The notes: a model not told the origin generated them from the letters alone. Shown: positions 1-22,879, counted from the first letter of the stretch. The stretch is 64,000 nucleotides of DNA from the human T2T-CHM13v2.0 reference genome, Homo sapiens (GCF_009914755.1 NC_060930.1); one strand, 5' to 3'. Numbers and translations are program-made.

Positions 1-162
1 GAGGCAGGAGAATTGCTTGAACTCAGGAGGTGGAGCTTGCAGTGAGCCAAGATCACGCCACTGCACTCCAGCCTGGGTGACAGTGTGAGACTCCATCTCA
101 AAAAACAAAAACAAACAAACAAACAAACAAACACAAAGAAGATGGGGAAACCTAAATACTGA

Positions 163-365
<203 letters not shown>

Positions 366-1261
366 TAGAGACGGGGTTTCTCCATGTTGATCAGGCTGGT
401 CTCGAACTCCCAACCTCACGTGATCTGCCCGCCTTGGCCTCCCAAAGTATTGGGATTACAGGCGTGAGCCACTGTGCCTGGCTGACCTAAGACAAATGTT
501 AATCAAATCAAGGTGTGGGCCTCATTTGGATCTTGACAAAAACCATTTGTGAGAGCTGAGGAAATGTGAAGACTGACAGGATATTTGATGGTATTAAGAA
601 ATCGGTAAGTTTTTTTAGGTGTGAAAACAGTAGTGTAATGATGTTGAACGACAAAAAGAGGCCTTATATTTACAAATCTATATGGATATATGTTTAGGTA
701 AAATGATATGAGGTCTGGGATTTGCTTTAAAATAACCTAGTAGGTGTGTGTGCTGGGAGATGTACAGATGGGTCAAGATGGACTGTGTACTGATAATGGC
801 TGGAGCTGTGTATTGGGTACATGGGGGCTCCCTATTCTACTCTTTTGATTATGCTTGCAAGTTTTCATGATAAAATGTTAAATAAAAGGCAAAATCAGAG
901 AGACTAAACATTCTACTGTGTAGGCAAACATATAAGATAAAACCAGACAAAGAGCAACGAAATAAGCAAATAAATGACAATGCAATGCTTTTGAATTTTA
1001 TATAAACAGCATAACGTATGTTTTAAAAAAGTGCTTTCTGGTCATTTCTTTTTTTGTTTTCTTTTTTTAAACAGTACATGTCTGTTAAATGGTCATTTCA
1101 TTAGCTGATTAAAAAAAAAAGAATACTAAATCCCATGTGCAGGGTGGTGGCCACCTTTGTGGATGAAACGGGCAGAATACACATTGAAAATGAGTTACAG
1201 CTGGGCGCGGTGGCTCACAGCTGTAATCCCAGCACTTTGGGAGGCCAAGGTGGGTGGATCA

Positions 1262-1534
<273 letters not shown>

Positions 1535-1645
1535 TCAGAAGATAAAAAGGACAGAAAGCAGAAAAACAGGGAACAAGGAGGACTGGACAGTGAGCCCCAG
1601 CCCTGGGGGAGCACCGGCGGGGAGGGCAGACCAGCTCTGTCTCAC

Positions 1646-6919
<5,274 letters not shown>

Positions 6920-7796
6920 CGCCGCTTGCGCTGGGGGCCGAGCCGGCGCGCGGCCGCCCCGGGTCACGTGGGCGAGGGAGGGAGGGCGAGGAGGAGCCTT
7001 AAAGGAGCCGCTACATGCTTTTTGGCCATTTTCCCCTGAGAGCGGCCTCGGAGATGGCTGTGACTGTCCTAAGCTGGGAGCTGCAAGGGAGAATTCCTGT
7101 CATTCCTGGCCTCAGTTCTGCAGGGACCGAGGGCGAGACACGCCTGGGCCCAGGTGTGGCGTCTCTGTCCCCATCTGGTTTTAGGTAACAAGCGGAGCTT
7201 CTGAACTTCTCGGCTCTCGGCAGCGGCTGTATTTCCTCTGGCCTGGTTGGGCTTTTCCCGCCTCTGGTTGCTTTTCTGCCTTTCTAGTTTTTGGGTTACC
7301 AGATAGAAGGCTTGGCCTCAGTTTTGGCCTCGCCTTTTTGCTCTTTCTAACGAGCACGAAGGGGCGATAGGGACGCGGAGGACACCTTTATTCTTGGCTG
7401 GTTCTAGCATGCTGCTTCATGTCCCCTGGAGCAGCGTGCCCTTCTGAAAACCTGTGGCTAAATGTCTCTTCTGTTTATATCAGGCGTGTTACACCTTCAC
7501 ACGCACTAGGGATCCAGGTAAGCCCAGCGGCCCGAACGTCATTACTGACTGGTGACACTGCAGTAAGTAAACCTTTTTTGCCGAACACTTCATAAGCACA
7601 GTCAGGTACTCCGTGGGTCATAGCCCAGCGGACAATTTAAGTATAAATGATATACACCAAGATAGACAATCTCGATAGCTGTATTTAGGGTACCATCCCT
7701 TTAGGTATTACGTTTTGGTCGAGTTTGGAAAAGATCTGTATGATTTCACACGCAGTATTTGACACAGGCAGGTGGGGCACCTGAGGCCAATTAAAG

Positions 7797-7858
7797 GCCT
7801 TCTGGGAACTGTAGTTCTCTTTGGTTAACTATTCCAGAGCTTTCTGGGAATTGTAGTT
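7797..7858 (-). promoter_or_regulatory. Two tandem ZNF143/THAP11 (SBS) motifs
   Basis: Reverse complements read AACTACAGTTCCCAGAAGGC (7797-7816) and AACTACAATTCCCAGAAAGC (7839-7858), matching the ACTACAnTTCCCAGnAnGC consensus. Confidence 0.75.
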
Positions 7859-8337
7859 TTCCCTGCACCTTAATCCAAACTTAGCTTTTTTTTTTTTTTT
7901 TTTTAGCTTTCCTGAAGACATGACCTATTTACCCCAGACAAAATATGACCAAACAGACTCCTGCTTACAATTTCCGTGGGCAGGTTGGCCACCTGTAGCT
8001 CATCCCTAGCACTGATCCTAAGTCCCTCAAATAGAGTTCATGTGCATCCCCACGACTGCCAATCACTTGTACTGTGAGGTACCTGGCTAAGTGTTGAGAT
8101 TGCAGAACTGGTGGAGGGCTGGGGGTGGGGACTTGGGGGAGTCCCTGACCAGAGGAGCTCACTTGTCACACTCCTCTCCCATGTTTAGGGCTGGGCTCCT
8201 TCAGGCAAGGGATATGCAGAGTTGTGACCTCTAGGTATTAAGAACGCAGCATCACAGGGAGAGGCTGTCTAGGGCAGGATAGTCATGTACACGCAGTTGC
8301 CAGAGTGTAAAGGAAAAAAAAAAGTTTTTTTTTGTTT

Positions 8338-8343
8338 TTTATT
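8338..8343 (-). terminator. ZBTB12: Probable ZBTB12 polyadenylation signal
   Basis: TTTATT on plus (AATAAA on minus), about 830 nt past the ZBTB12 stop, with U-rich sequence downstream on the minus strand. Confidence 0.55.
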
Positions 8344-9169
8344 TTGTGGAAAACAAAAGCAGAAAAACTAAAACCCCAAACTCCAGAAAAAATCCTAAAA
8401 AATATGTTTTTTCTTAAAAAATACTGTATGTCTCTACTCCTCTCCCTCCCTCCCAACAGCCCTTCTTGTGTTCTTTCTTTTCTAAGTGCCCTATCCCCCC
8501 CACCCCCATGACTATCCATTGTTTCTTGCTATTGTACCCCCACTTCCCAATATCTACCCAGGATGCGCACCCCACGTTCTCTTACCTGGCGTCTTACTTT
8601 GTTCTCCCTCAAATTTCAGCAAGCCTCATACTCGCAGTCTCATTTCCCCAGCATGCAAGAACTGTCTCCCACTTCCTTTTCTGGGACTCAGTAATCTTTT
8701 CCCCTTACCACTCCCTCACCCCAGGTCTATTCTAAGCAGGAGCATGTCCTCCTGCCAAATTCCCTCCCTGTTCCCACCCACCCCCCAACCCTTCTTATCT
8801 CGAGAAATGTCAGAACCTTCCCCTGGGCAGCCTTAGCCAGGAATAAAACATTTTTGTCTTCCCTCATTCTATAGGACCCTTTTCCCTCCCTCCACATATA
8901 CATGCACTTCTAAGAGAAGGAAATCTTTCTCTGGGACCCCGTATTCCCCTGGCCTCCAAGAACCCTTTTCCCAGCTCCAGATTCTTGCACTCTCAAGAGC
9001 AAGTCTCTCCAAGGAATCATCTTCCCTCTCTCAGGATGTGTGCATCTGCTCAGCCTCCCACTCTTACCTTTCTGCCCCAGACCCCCCACCCCCCAATTCT
9101 CCTGGGCCAAAGAGCCCTTTTTCCACGCAGCCCAGGGGCCCCAGCCTCCTGGCCTCCACGCCTGCGCGG

Positions 9170-10549
9170 CTAGCGGATGAGGACGTTAATCTCGGCCACA
9201 CTGGCCTCCAGCACGTTCTCGGCCGTGGTCTTGCCGTGTTGCTCCTTGAGGTGCCGCCTAATGGCAGGCTTGTGGGCGAAGCGCACGTCGCAGTAGGAGC
9301 AGCGGTAGGGCCGCGCTCCCGAGTGCAGGTTGAGGTGGTCGTGAAGGGTGGACTTCTGTGTGAAGCACTTGCCGCAGATGCCGCACGAGTGTGACTTGAC
9401 ACCACGATGCACGTTCATGTGGCGGTTGAGGTTGCTGCTGTGGTTGAACTGCTTGCCACAGCGAGGGCACATGAAGATGAAGTGCTGCGCCCGCATGTGG
9501 AAGACCAGCTTCTCCACGCCCTGGAACACTTCCGGGCACTTGGTGCACTTGATGTTCTTTAAGGGGTTTCCACCTGAGAAGCCCCCAGGCAGGGGTCCCC
9601 GGCTGCCCCCCGCCCCCAGGCTGCCCCCCGCCCCCCGGGCAGCCATGGCCACCGCTGCTGCTTCCACCAGGCCCGAGGTGGCCCCCACGCTGGCCCGGCC
9701 TCCGGGAATCAACAGCAGGCCCTCCCCTTCTGCATCTTCCGACAGGCTATAGCAGGCCTTCACCACACCCTGCGGTGGGGCTACAGTGCTGGGGGGAACG
9801 CTGCTCTGGGCCAGCTCCCCAAGGTGGCCACCCACGGAGCCTCCAATGCCCAGACCCCCTCCCAGGCCTCCAGGGGGTTTGAGCCGGTGTGCCACCTCCA
9901 GGGCCGACTCCACCTTGACGATGCAGATGTCAGACACGTCCTCATCCTCATCCTCATCCTCTTCCTCGGCTTTCAGCTCCAAGTCTTCATCCAGTGGGAA
10001 CTCCAGCTTCACTGGCCGCAGGAGTGGAGGGGGTAGAGGAGGTGGGGGTGGGGGCTTCGGGGCTGGCTTTGGGGTCCTGGCTGGAGGGAGGAGGGACTTG
10101 GTGGCGCTGATGCTGCTCACAAGGCTAGCCTCACTGACCCCATCCTCTTTGAGGCCTATTTTGGGCTCAATGAACTGGCTGAGGGCATTCCGGCATTTCT
10201 CCACCACGTGCTCCATCTGCAGGTAGGAGGCGGCTGTAAGGTAGTTGACGATGTCCCTAACAGCGAATTCCAAGGCGCCCGTGTAGCAGGAGAGGAGCAA
10301 GTCGGCCACGATGCGTGCACTGTGCATCAGGGAGACCTGCAGCTCCGAGCTGGGGTTCAGCAGGAACTGGTCCCGCAGGAAGGGTGAGCAGGCGGCCAAG
10401 ATGACCTTGTGGCCTCGAAACTTGAGGCTGTCGGCCACAATGGTCACGTCGCAGAACCGCTCCTCTGCCCGGAGCTGGTTCATGTTCCGTAGCGTTGCGG
10501 CCTCGTGGCCGGGCAGCTGGAAGCGCAGGACTTCCACCCCAGAGGCCAT
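9170..10549 (-). CDS. ZBTB12: Zinc finger and BTB domain-containing protein 12 (459 aa)
   Basis: ATG at 10549-10547 ([20 protein letters not shown]...) to TAG at 9172-9170 = 1380 nt. Contains a BTB domain (FCDVTIV...[12 protein letters not shown]), proline and acidic linkers, and four C2H2 fingers. Splice acceptor just upstream (exon boundary 10569), so the 76-aa ORF-track extension is mostly intronic. Confidence 0.96.
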
Positions 10550-10649
10550 TGTGGCGGGGGTGGGCAACCCTGGTTGGGAAGGAAACCGGTCAGAGACAAA
10601 GGTCTCTGGCTCTCCGAAGCCAAGGCTCCAGGACCCTCGCCCCCATTCT

Positions 10650-11800
10650 TGCCCAGCCCCCCGGCATCCGATCTCCCGGTCTTCAGATTTCTTCCTCAGT
10701 TTCCCCAACCCTGGGGAGGTGCTGTCCCTCTGAGAGGAGGGAGGCGTGGTTCTCGGGGGCGGGGCAGCGGCGTCCACACCCCCCAGCCCAGCAGCCCGCT
10801 AGGATGGGGCGAGCCCGCGCGCCCACGGTGGAAGGACGGAGAAAAAGGGGGGCCAGAGGCCTGGGGCTCTGGACTCCAAGGTGGCCCCGGTTGCAGGCTC
10901 TTCTCACCCCGCCCCCTTTACCGGCTGCCTCATTCCTCCGCCCCCCCCTTACACGTTTGCACGCGCTTTTCACGTCCTCCCCCCCGCCGCCAGCACGCAC
11001 CGTGCACGCCCTGCCCCCACGCTCAGAGCTCCGTGGCACGCCCCCCCAGCCCCACGACCCTGAGTGCACGCTCCTCTCACCTGGCCCGGTTCCGCGCGCT
11101 GTTTTTTTAATCCCTTATTTTCCCCACCCCCCCCCGGGGCCGGCAGCGACCCCCACACACGGGCAGGGCCTGGGCAGCGCGCAGGCGCGGGGATGCACGG
11201 GACGCGCGCGCGCGCGGGGCCGGCTCCGCGTGGGCGTAAGGGGGGAGGGGCGGGGGCGGCTCGTGCCGTGTGTTCCAGGCCCCGCGCGCGCGGCGGCGGC
11301 GGCGTCGGCTAGGACTCGGGGAGGAGGAAGAGGGGAGGGAATTAAAGGAGCAGGATCCCCCCTTCCCGACCCCCCTTTCTTCACCAGCACCCCCACGCGG
11401 TTAAAGGGCCGGACGGCCTTGCCTCCTCTTTGGCCGGGATTATTTGTCCGCCAGAGCGGAAATACGTTCCACACCCCCCTCTTTCTCGCTCCCCCTCCTC
11501 TGTACCTCCAAGCCCCGCGGCCAGTTTGCGCGTGCGTGCCAAGTGCCGCGCGGAGGCCCGCTCACTCGGGCCCGCCCCCCAATCCCGGCTGCCCATGGCG
11601 CTACTCGCTCCGCGTCCCCGCGCCCCGCCCGCGCCGCATCCCGCAGCGCGCGCGCGCACCCGTTCTCTCGGCTGCGGGCGCTGCCACCTGCTCCCAGGGG
11701 TGGTGCGTCTCCGGTCCAGCTGTGCCGAGCGCTGCCCTGGGTGCATCCGTGGCACCTCTCAGGGCCCCATCCGCCCCGTGGCTAACAGAGCTGTTGGTAG
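10650..11800. promoter_or_regulatory. ZBTB12: CpG island with ZBTB12 promoter and non-coding exon 1
   Basis: Dense CpG with (GC)n runs near 11204 and 11646. Strong minus-strand donor CAG|GTGAGA gives an exon end at 11081. Confidence 0.75.
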
Positions 11801-12654
11801 CTATTACCCACGCCTGCCTCCTCTGCTGAGTGTGCTCACAGTTGCTCCAGACACATTCCCAGGCTTTTCCAACTCTTGTAAAGCTAGTAACCGCCTCAGC
11901 CCTTCAGGCCTGAAATATGATTTCACTTTCCACAAAGCCAGACGATCCAGTGCCCTCAACTTTCCTCCACTCCATGTCAGTCCTTTAAAATCACACCCGC
12001 CCTCCCCTCCATTCTCAGGATTGATCCCAACTTCTTGCCAAGGCAGTCGCCCTCCGCTTGTGCTATCGATGACCTTGCCCATTTCACCTTTAGTATATAA
12101 TTAACCCTAGGACTAATTTTAATGATGTGATTTATTATGTTAGTATGATTCTACTCTAATCTTCCACCGCTCCGTCCCCCTTATTCCTCACCTCTCCTCC
12201 AGACTGACAAGGTCCAGCTCTAAACAAAACTTCCCTTCAACACTGCGCCCGGGCCTTCTCTTTCTCTTGTCTCTCTCAGACTAAGTTATAGTCTCCACAG
12301 CTTCAGCGACAGCACTTAGGAGCGTCTTGAAGGCTGGTGCCTTCCCTTCCACTTCCTCGTACCTACACCCACTTCCCCACCTATCCAAGTCCGCGTGAAG
12401 ATGCCACTGTTTCCTGCCAATTGGATTTCTTTTTTACGTCCTTCAGGAGACTAGTGCGTTTTCCTTACATTTCAATTCTGATGAAGTTTCTTATTATGTG
12501 TTCAATATCTGGTTTCCCCATTAGACTATAAACTTCTTGGTTGCAGGAATTATGTTGTGGGTTTTGTTTTGCAAATAAAAATCATGCAATAGGGAGGGTG
12601 TGGTGGCTCACGCCTGTAATCCCAGCACTGTGGGAGGCCGAGGCAGGTGGATCA

Positions 12655-12894
<240 letters not shown>

Positions 12895-13564
12895 TCATGC
12901 AACAAATGATTGTTGAAGTAATTCCTCTTTGGCTCAGCCAGCATCCACCCATAAAAAGTTTGTTCTTGAGCTGAAACTGAATTCTTGAACTCAAGGGATG
13001 CTGTTTGGCAGGAGGGTGGAGGCAGCGTAGACAGTGTTTAGGTGGTACCTTGACTTTTTGCCTTTTTCTTTTAAATTCTCTGATTTGTATGCCCGCACCC
13101 AGTTCCCTCTGTTGAATCTAAGAGTCTGTTCTAAACTGCTCTCTTTGTATTTAGGCCTTGTAGATTTGAGGAAGAACACCTGATTTTGTGTCAGACGCAC
13201 CTAGGCTTAAAGCCACATTCCTAGGAGTTTCTGAGCCTACTCTGGCTCAGAAGGCTGCCAGATTCGCAAATCATTAAAAAAATAAAATAAAAGCCCTATT
13301 CCTGTACCAAATGAGGCCCACTGGGCAAGTTACTTAATTCTCTGAATCACAGTGTCCTTATCTTTGTCTCCCCCGCCCATCCTTAGCTCATCTGAAAGCA
13401 TTTTTATCTTGAAGGCCCTGATCTCTCACAGGGCTAATGTGAGGTTTAAATGAGCCTGGCATGCAGTAGTTGCTGAGTAAACAATAGCTCTGTTCTCCTT
13501 TTCCTAATCTGGGAAACGGACTATGAAATTTTCAAAAGAATTTTATTTTATTTTAATTAATTAA

Positions 13565-13717
<153 letters not shown>

Positions 13718-14407
13718 TAGCTAATTTTCGCATTTTTAGTAGAGACGGGGTTTCACCATGTTGGCCAGGCTGGTCTCGAACTCCTGACCTCGGGTGATCC
13801 ACCTTGCTCAGCCTCCCAAAGTGTTGGGATTACAGGCGTGAGCCACTGCGCCTGACCCAAAAGAACTTTAAAAATTCTGTTTTTCTATCTCATCTCTTCT
13901 TTTCCGCATTGCCAAACTTCTCAGAAGAATAGTTCACATTCCAGTGAGAGCAGAAATACAAAAAGCTGTCAAGTTAAGAATTAGAGTTTGTAAAATTTTG
14001 TTTCTTGTCCCTTTCTTCCTACTTTTCCTTTCTAGGAATGTAGATGGGACAGGGGGCCTAATCTCAGCCCATGGCTCAAGACAGGTAGTCCTTGGTGGCA
14101 GGTGGAGTTGACAGCCAATGAATCCTTCAAGTGTCCAGCCCACCCAGTTACAACTCTGCGTAAAAACAAGCAGAGGTGCACAAACTCTTTTCCATGTAGT
14201 CTGGTGGAGAGATGATGTGGAGCCATTTCCCATGCATCCCATCCAGGGGGTTTACAATCATCTAGATCCTTGTCCCTTCTTCCCCAACTTCTGCCAGTAT
14301 AAAACCAGGGGCTTTCCTGTCCTTAGCTTGCAGTACCAAATGCCTTGGTGTGGTGTCAAGAACAGATAAATTTAGGAGATACTTTTAGGATTTTTGGGTC
14401 AGGCTCA

Positions 14408-14682
<275 letters not shown>

Positions 14683-16156
14683 TTAAAAAAAAATTAGGAT
14701 TCTTAGTGAGCTTTAGAAATAAAATCTGGGCTGGGCACTGTGGCTTATGCCTGTAATCCCAGCACTTTGGGAAGCTGAGGTGGGAGGATCACTTAAGGCC
14801 GGGAGTTTGAGACCAGCCTGGGCAACAAAGCGAGACACCTGTCTCAAAAATAATAATAAATAAAAGTAAATACATTTTTTAAAGGAAATAAAATTTGACT
14901 AGGGATGCAAGGAATAACTAGGAGACAAAAGGTCCAGGTTCCAGTCCATCTTGAAGTCATCAAGGCTCCCCAGGTTTCAGTATTCTCTTTAATAAAATGG
15001 AGGGATTACTCTCTGAAGTATTTTCCAGTCCTATGAGTCCATAGCAGCTTACTTTGAAAAGGGGTGTTTATGTTTGTGGGCATCTCTGAGAGAAGCTAGC
15101 TCACAGCTTAGAGCACTACCCTTGGCTACTCATAGAGGTAAGGAGTGGCCTTGATAATCCAAAACCGTAGCAAACATTGGACATTTGTCTAAGACATTCA
15201 AAGTATTTTAGGCTGTGGGCTTACTTTTTACAACGATGCTTAGCACGTACTAGAATAACCATATTTCCTGAGCAATCTATAGGAAAGGAAGAGGTAAGTC
15301 AGCCTGGACTTTTAAATCCATAGGCTGATGAAACTGTCTTACATTACAACAAAACCTCCAACTTCTTTCTCTTTCTCCTTTGATCTGCACTCAGCTCTGC
15401 CCTCAGCGCAGGAACCCTGGTAAAAACTGCAGGATGTTTTGGCAATGTTGGAAGGGGCTTACTGCTTGGGGAAAGAAGCCATGTGAAAACAAAGTGCCTG
15501 CACCACTCCCATCCATCTGCAAAACCACCTTTTCTGAACTCCCATCCATCCCCCTTGACTGCTCCTCAATGCTGGCTCCTCCTCCTTCTTCAGAGCTCCT
15601 TATCCCTAGCTCTTCGGAGCCCTCTCCCAGCCTCAACCTGCCTCCAGACAAACTCTTCCCTCCCCCTCCTACCTCGGAGGGAATTTACTCCCTGCAGCCC
15701 ACCACCTTTGCCATCGTCCAAGTCCTCCACACACCCTTGCTGACTCTGCCCAGATCCAGGTCTATCTGGGGAAATGGAGGCAGATTCTCCCAGCACCTTG
15801 TGAATTCCAGACAGAAAAAGACTCTTCCACTTCTCGACAAATATTCTATCCTCTGAGCCTCACCAAGTCTGCTCTGCTACCCTATGTCATCCTTGCTGCT
15901 TGAGCAACTGACTTTCGGGCCTGTGATACCTGCCTGGATCAGGTTGTCCTCCCCAGGCCTGCCTGTGTCCCTGCAAATGACCTAATCCATATCCCAAGTT
16001 TAAAAAAAAAATTGTTCATTTTATTTTTTTCATGGAGTCATTCGTGAGAGCAGAAATACAAAAAGCTGTCAAGTTAAGAATTAGAGTTTGTAGGGCCGGG
16101 TGCAGTGGCTCACACCTGTAATCGCAGCACTTTGGGAGGCTGAGGTGGCCGGATCA

Positions 16157-16435
<279 letters not shown>

Positions 16436-16935
16436 TCAAAATTCAAAGTTCAAAATTCAAAATGTAGTTTTGTTCAAAATTCAAAATGTGTAAGTACAAT
16501 TCCAAATTCAAATTGTAAAGTTTTGTTCAAAATTTAAAAAATATAAGAGGGTACAAGGCTGGGTGTGGTGGCTTACGCCTGTAAACTCAGCACTTTTGGG
16601 AAGCCAAGGGAAGAGGATCACTTGAAACCAGCCTGGGCAACAAGGCAAAACCCAGTCTCAGAAAAAAAAAAAATAGCTGTGGGAGGTGGTGTTGCCTGTG
16701 GTCGCAGCTATTCAACAGGCTGAAGTGGGAGGATTGATTCAGCCCAGGGAGGAGAAGGCTGCAGTGAGCCTTGTTCGCACTGCTGCACTCCAGCTTGGGT
16801 GATGGCGCAAGACCCTGTCAAAAAAAAAAAAAAAAAAAAAAGTGGTTTCTTTTGCTCAGGCTGGAGTACAGTGGTGCAAAGAAGGCTCACTGCAGCCTCG
16901 ACCTTCCTGGACTAATTTATTTATTTATTTTTTAG

Positions 16936-17212
<277 letters not shown>

Positions 17213-17554
17213 TAGCTAGGATTACGGACGTCTGCCACCACGCCCAGCTAATGTTTTGTATTTTTAGTAGAGATGGGGTTTCACCATGTTGGCCAGGCTG
17301 GTCTTGAACTCCTGACCTCATGATCCGCCCACCTCAGCCTCCCAAAGTGCTGGGATTACAGGCATGAGCCGCAGCACCCGGCCATTTTTTTTTTTTTTTT
17401 AATTAAAAGTGGCAAGACTGGGTCTTCCCGTGTTGCCCAGTCATTGATCTTGAATTCTTGGGTTCAAGTGATACTCCTGCCTTGGCCTCCCAAAGTGTTG
17501 AGACTACAGGCATGAGCCACCGTGCTCGGCCCAGATAAATCTTTTTATAAAAGT

Positions 17555-18235
<681 letters not shown>

Positions 18236-18399
18236 TATACTTCATTTGCTTATTGTAATAGTTTCAGTATCTATGCAGTTGTAGGTTTTCCCGGACAGTT
18301 TAGTTTTGTCTGTTTGACCATCACACAGATGAATCATACTGTACATGTTCTGGGGCTGGCCTTTTCACTCAACATTATGGTTTTGTTGACTTGTGTAGC

Positions 18400-19580
<1,181 letters not shown>

Positions 19581-19922
19581 TTTTTTTTTTTGACAAGGTC
19601 TCACTCTGTTGCCCAGGCTGGAATGCACAATCATGACTCACTGCAGGCTTGACCTCCCCAGGAACAGGTGATCCTCCCACCTCAGCCTCCAGAGTAGCTA
19701 GGACTACAGGCACACGCCACCACACCCAGCTAATTTTTGTTATTTGTTGTAGAGACAGGGTTTTGCCATGTTGCTCAGGCTTAGAAGGCTTTCAAGCACA
19801 AAATGTATTACATTAGGATAATGTCTTGGGGGTAGAAATAGAACTATGAAAATAAGAATTCAGAAGAAATAGAACAATGTGAAATTTCTGACTGTTAAAG
19901 AAGATTATAATCATGTACTTTA

Positions 19923-20535
<613 letters not shown>

Positions 20536-20769
20536 TCAAAAAATAAACAAATAAATACATAAAAAAAAAAATAAAATGAATCATGAAGGGAATGGTTAAA
20601 AAGTGAAATAAGACTTTTTAAAAAAGATCCATGTTTACAACACACTGGAATGGCATTCTTTTGCAACTAAACATTTGGGGAAAGTTTTAGATAGCAGCAT
20701 AAAAACATGCAAGGGGTACATAATTTGCAAAATTCTTTTAATGTGAGCAAAAGGGTTTGAAGATTACAT

Positions 20770-21382
20770 GCTTCTTGAAATCAGCATGCACATGAGTCAT
20801 CTGGAGTTTTAATTCGGAGTCTGAGTCAGTAGGTCTGGGTGGGGCCTGAGATTCTGTGTTTCTTTCTTTTTTTTTTTTTCTCTCTCTTTTTTTTTTGAGA
20901 CAGAGTCTCGCTCTGTTGCCCAGGCTGGAGTGCAGTGGCACACTGCAGCCTCCGCCTCCCGGGTTCAAGCAATTCTCCTGCCTCAGCCTCCCAAGTAGCT
21001 GGGACTACAGGCACATGCCACCACGCCTGGCTAATTTTTGTATTTTTAGTAGAAATGGGGTTTCACCATGTTGGCCAAGCTGGTCTCGCACTCCTGACCT
21101 CAGGTGATTTGCCCGCCTCAGCCTCCCAAAGTGCTGAGATTACAGGCATGAGCCACCATGTCTGGCCCTTTTTTTTTTTTTTTTTTTTCCAATTTGAGAC
21201 CGGGTCACTACGTTGCCAAGGCTGGTCTCTAACTCCTGGGCTCAAGCGATCCGCCCACTGCAGTCTCCCAAAGTGCTGGGATTACAGGCGTTGAGCCACC
21301 GTGCCTGGCCAGATTCTGCATTTCTACAAGTTCCTGCTGATGCTGATGCTGTCTGTCTGTGGACCACAGTCTGAGTAGCAAG
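20770..21382. mobile_element. MER5A-like (hAT-Charlie) element split by Alus
   Basis: TCAGTAGGTCTGGGTGGGGCCTGAGATTCTG...ATTCTGCATTTCTACAAGTTCCTGCTGATGCTGATGCTG...GGACCACAGTCTGAGTAGCAAG. Confidence 0.65.
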
Positions 21383-21972
21383 CATCCACATATTCGTAAG
21401 AGTGGAGTTGCTGGATGTTGAGGTCTGCACCTGTTCAGCTTCCCTGCTAATGCTAAACTATTTTCTGAAGCAGTTGTACACCAGCCATGAGACTGTTGCT
21501 TCTTGGGAAAAAAGATATAAAGGCTTCAAATTTAATGGATATTATTCAGTGCTCCTCTTACTTGAGCTTTCTGCAGTCTGTGACATACTTGACCACACTG
21601 TTTGATCCACTGCTTTTCCCTGGTTTCCATGACACCCCTGTATCCAGGCTCCCTTCCTTCTATAATTTCAGTCTGTTCTATAAACCCTCACTCCTTTCCT
21701 GTCTTGACCTTTTCCTCTGTTGATGCCTTTGGCCTTCTAGGCCTTTATCTCATTCTCTCTGGGTGGTACCATGTGCTCTTTAGAGATTGGTTACCAGGCC
21801 GGGCACGGTGGCTCACACCTGTAATCCGAGCACTTTGGGAGGCTGAGGCAGGTGGATCACCTGAGGTCAGGAGTTCGAGACCAGTCTGGCCAACATGGTG
21901 AAACCCTGTCTCTACTGAAAATACAAAAAATTAACCAGGGTGATGGTGTGTGCCTGTAATCCCAGCTACTCA

Positions 21973-22110
<138 letters not shown>

Positions 22111-22461
22111 TTACCACATTGATGACTCTGTGATGGTTAATTTTATGTGTCAGGCCAAGCGCAGTGGCTCACGCCTGTAATCCCAGCACTTTAGGAGGGC
22201 AAGGTGGGAGGATTACTTGAGCCCAGGATTTCAAGACCACTCTGGGTAAGATGGTGAAACCCTGTTTCCACAAAAAAAAAAAAAAAAAAAAAAAGATGTG
22301 TCAATTTGGCAAGGCTATGGTGCCCTTGGGCACTGTATATATACACATTTGCATTATTATTTATCTTAATGAGATAGACTCTCACTATGTTCTCCAGGCT
22401 GAACTTGAACTCCCAGTCTCAAGTGATTCTCCTGCCTCAGCCTCCTGGGTATCTGGGACTA

Positions 22462-22875
<414 letters not shown>

Positions 22876-22879
22876 TTAA

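Noticed and set aside
10550-10777. 76-aa N-terminal extension of ZBTB12 in the ORF track
   Set aside because: It crosses the splice acceptor at 10570-10571. The ATG at 10549 gives the expected 459 aa.
10495-12104. 444-aa and 224-aa plus-strand ORFs over the ZBTB12 promoter
   Set aside because: Same GC-rich artefact, with non-ATG starts and no recognisable homology.
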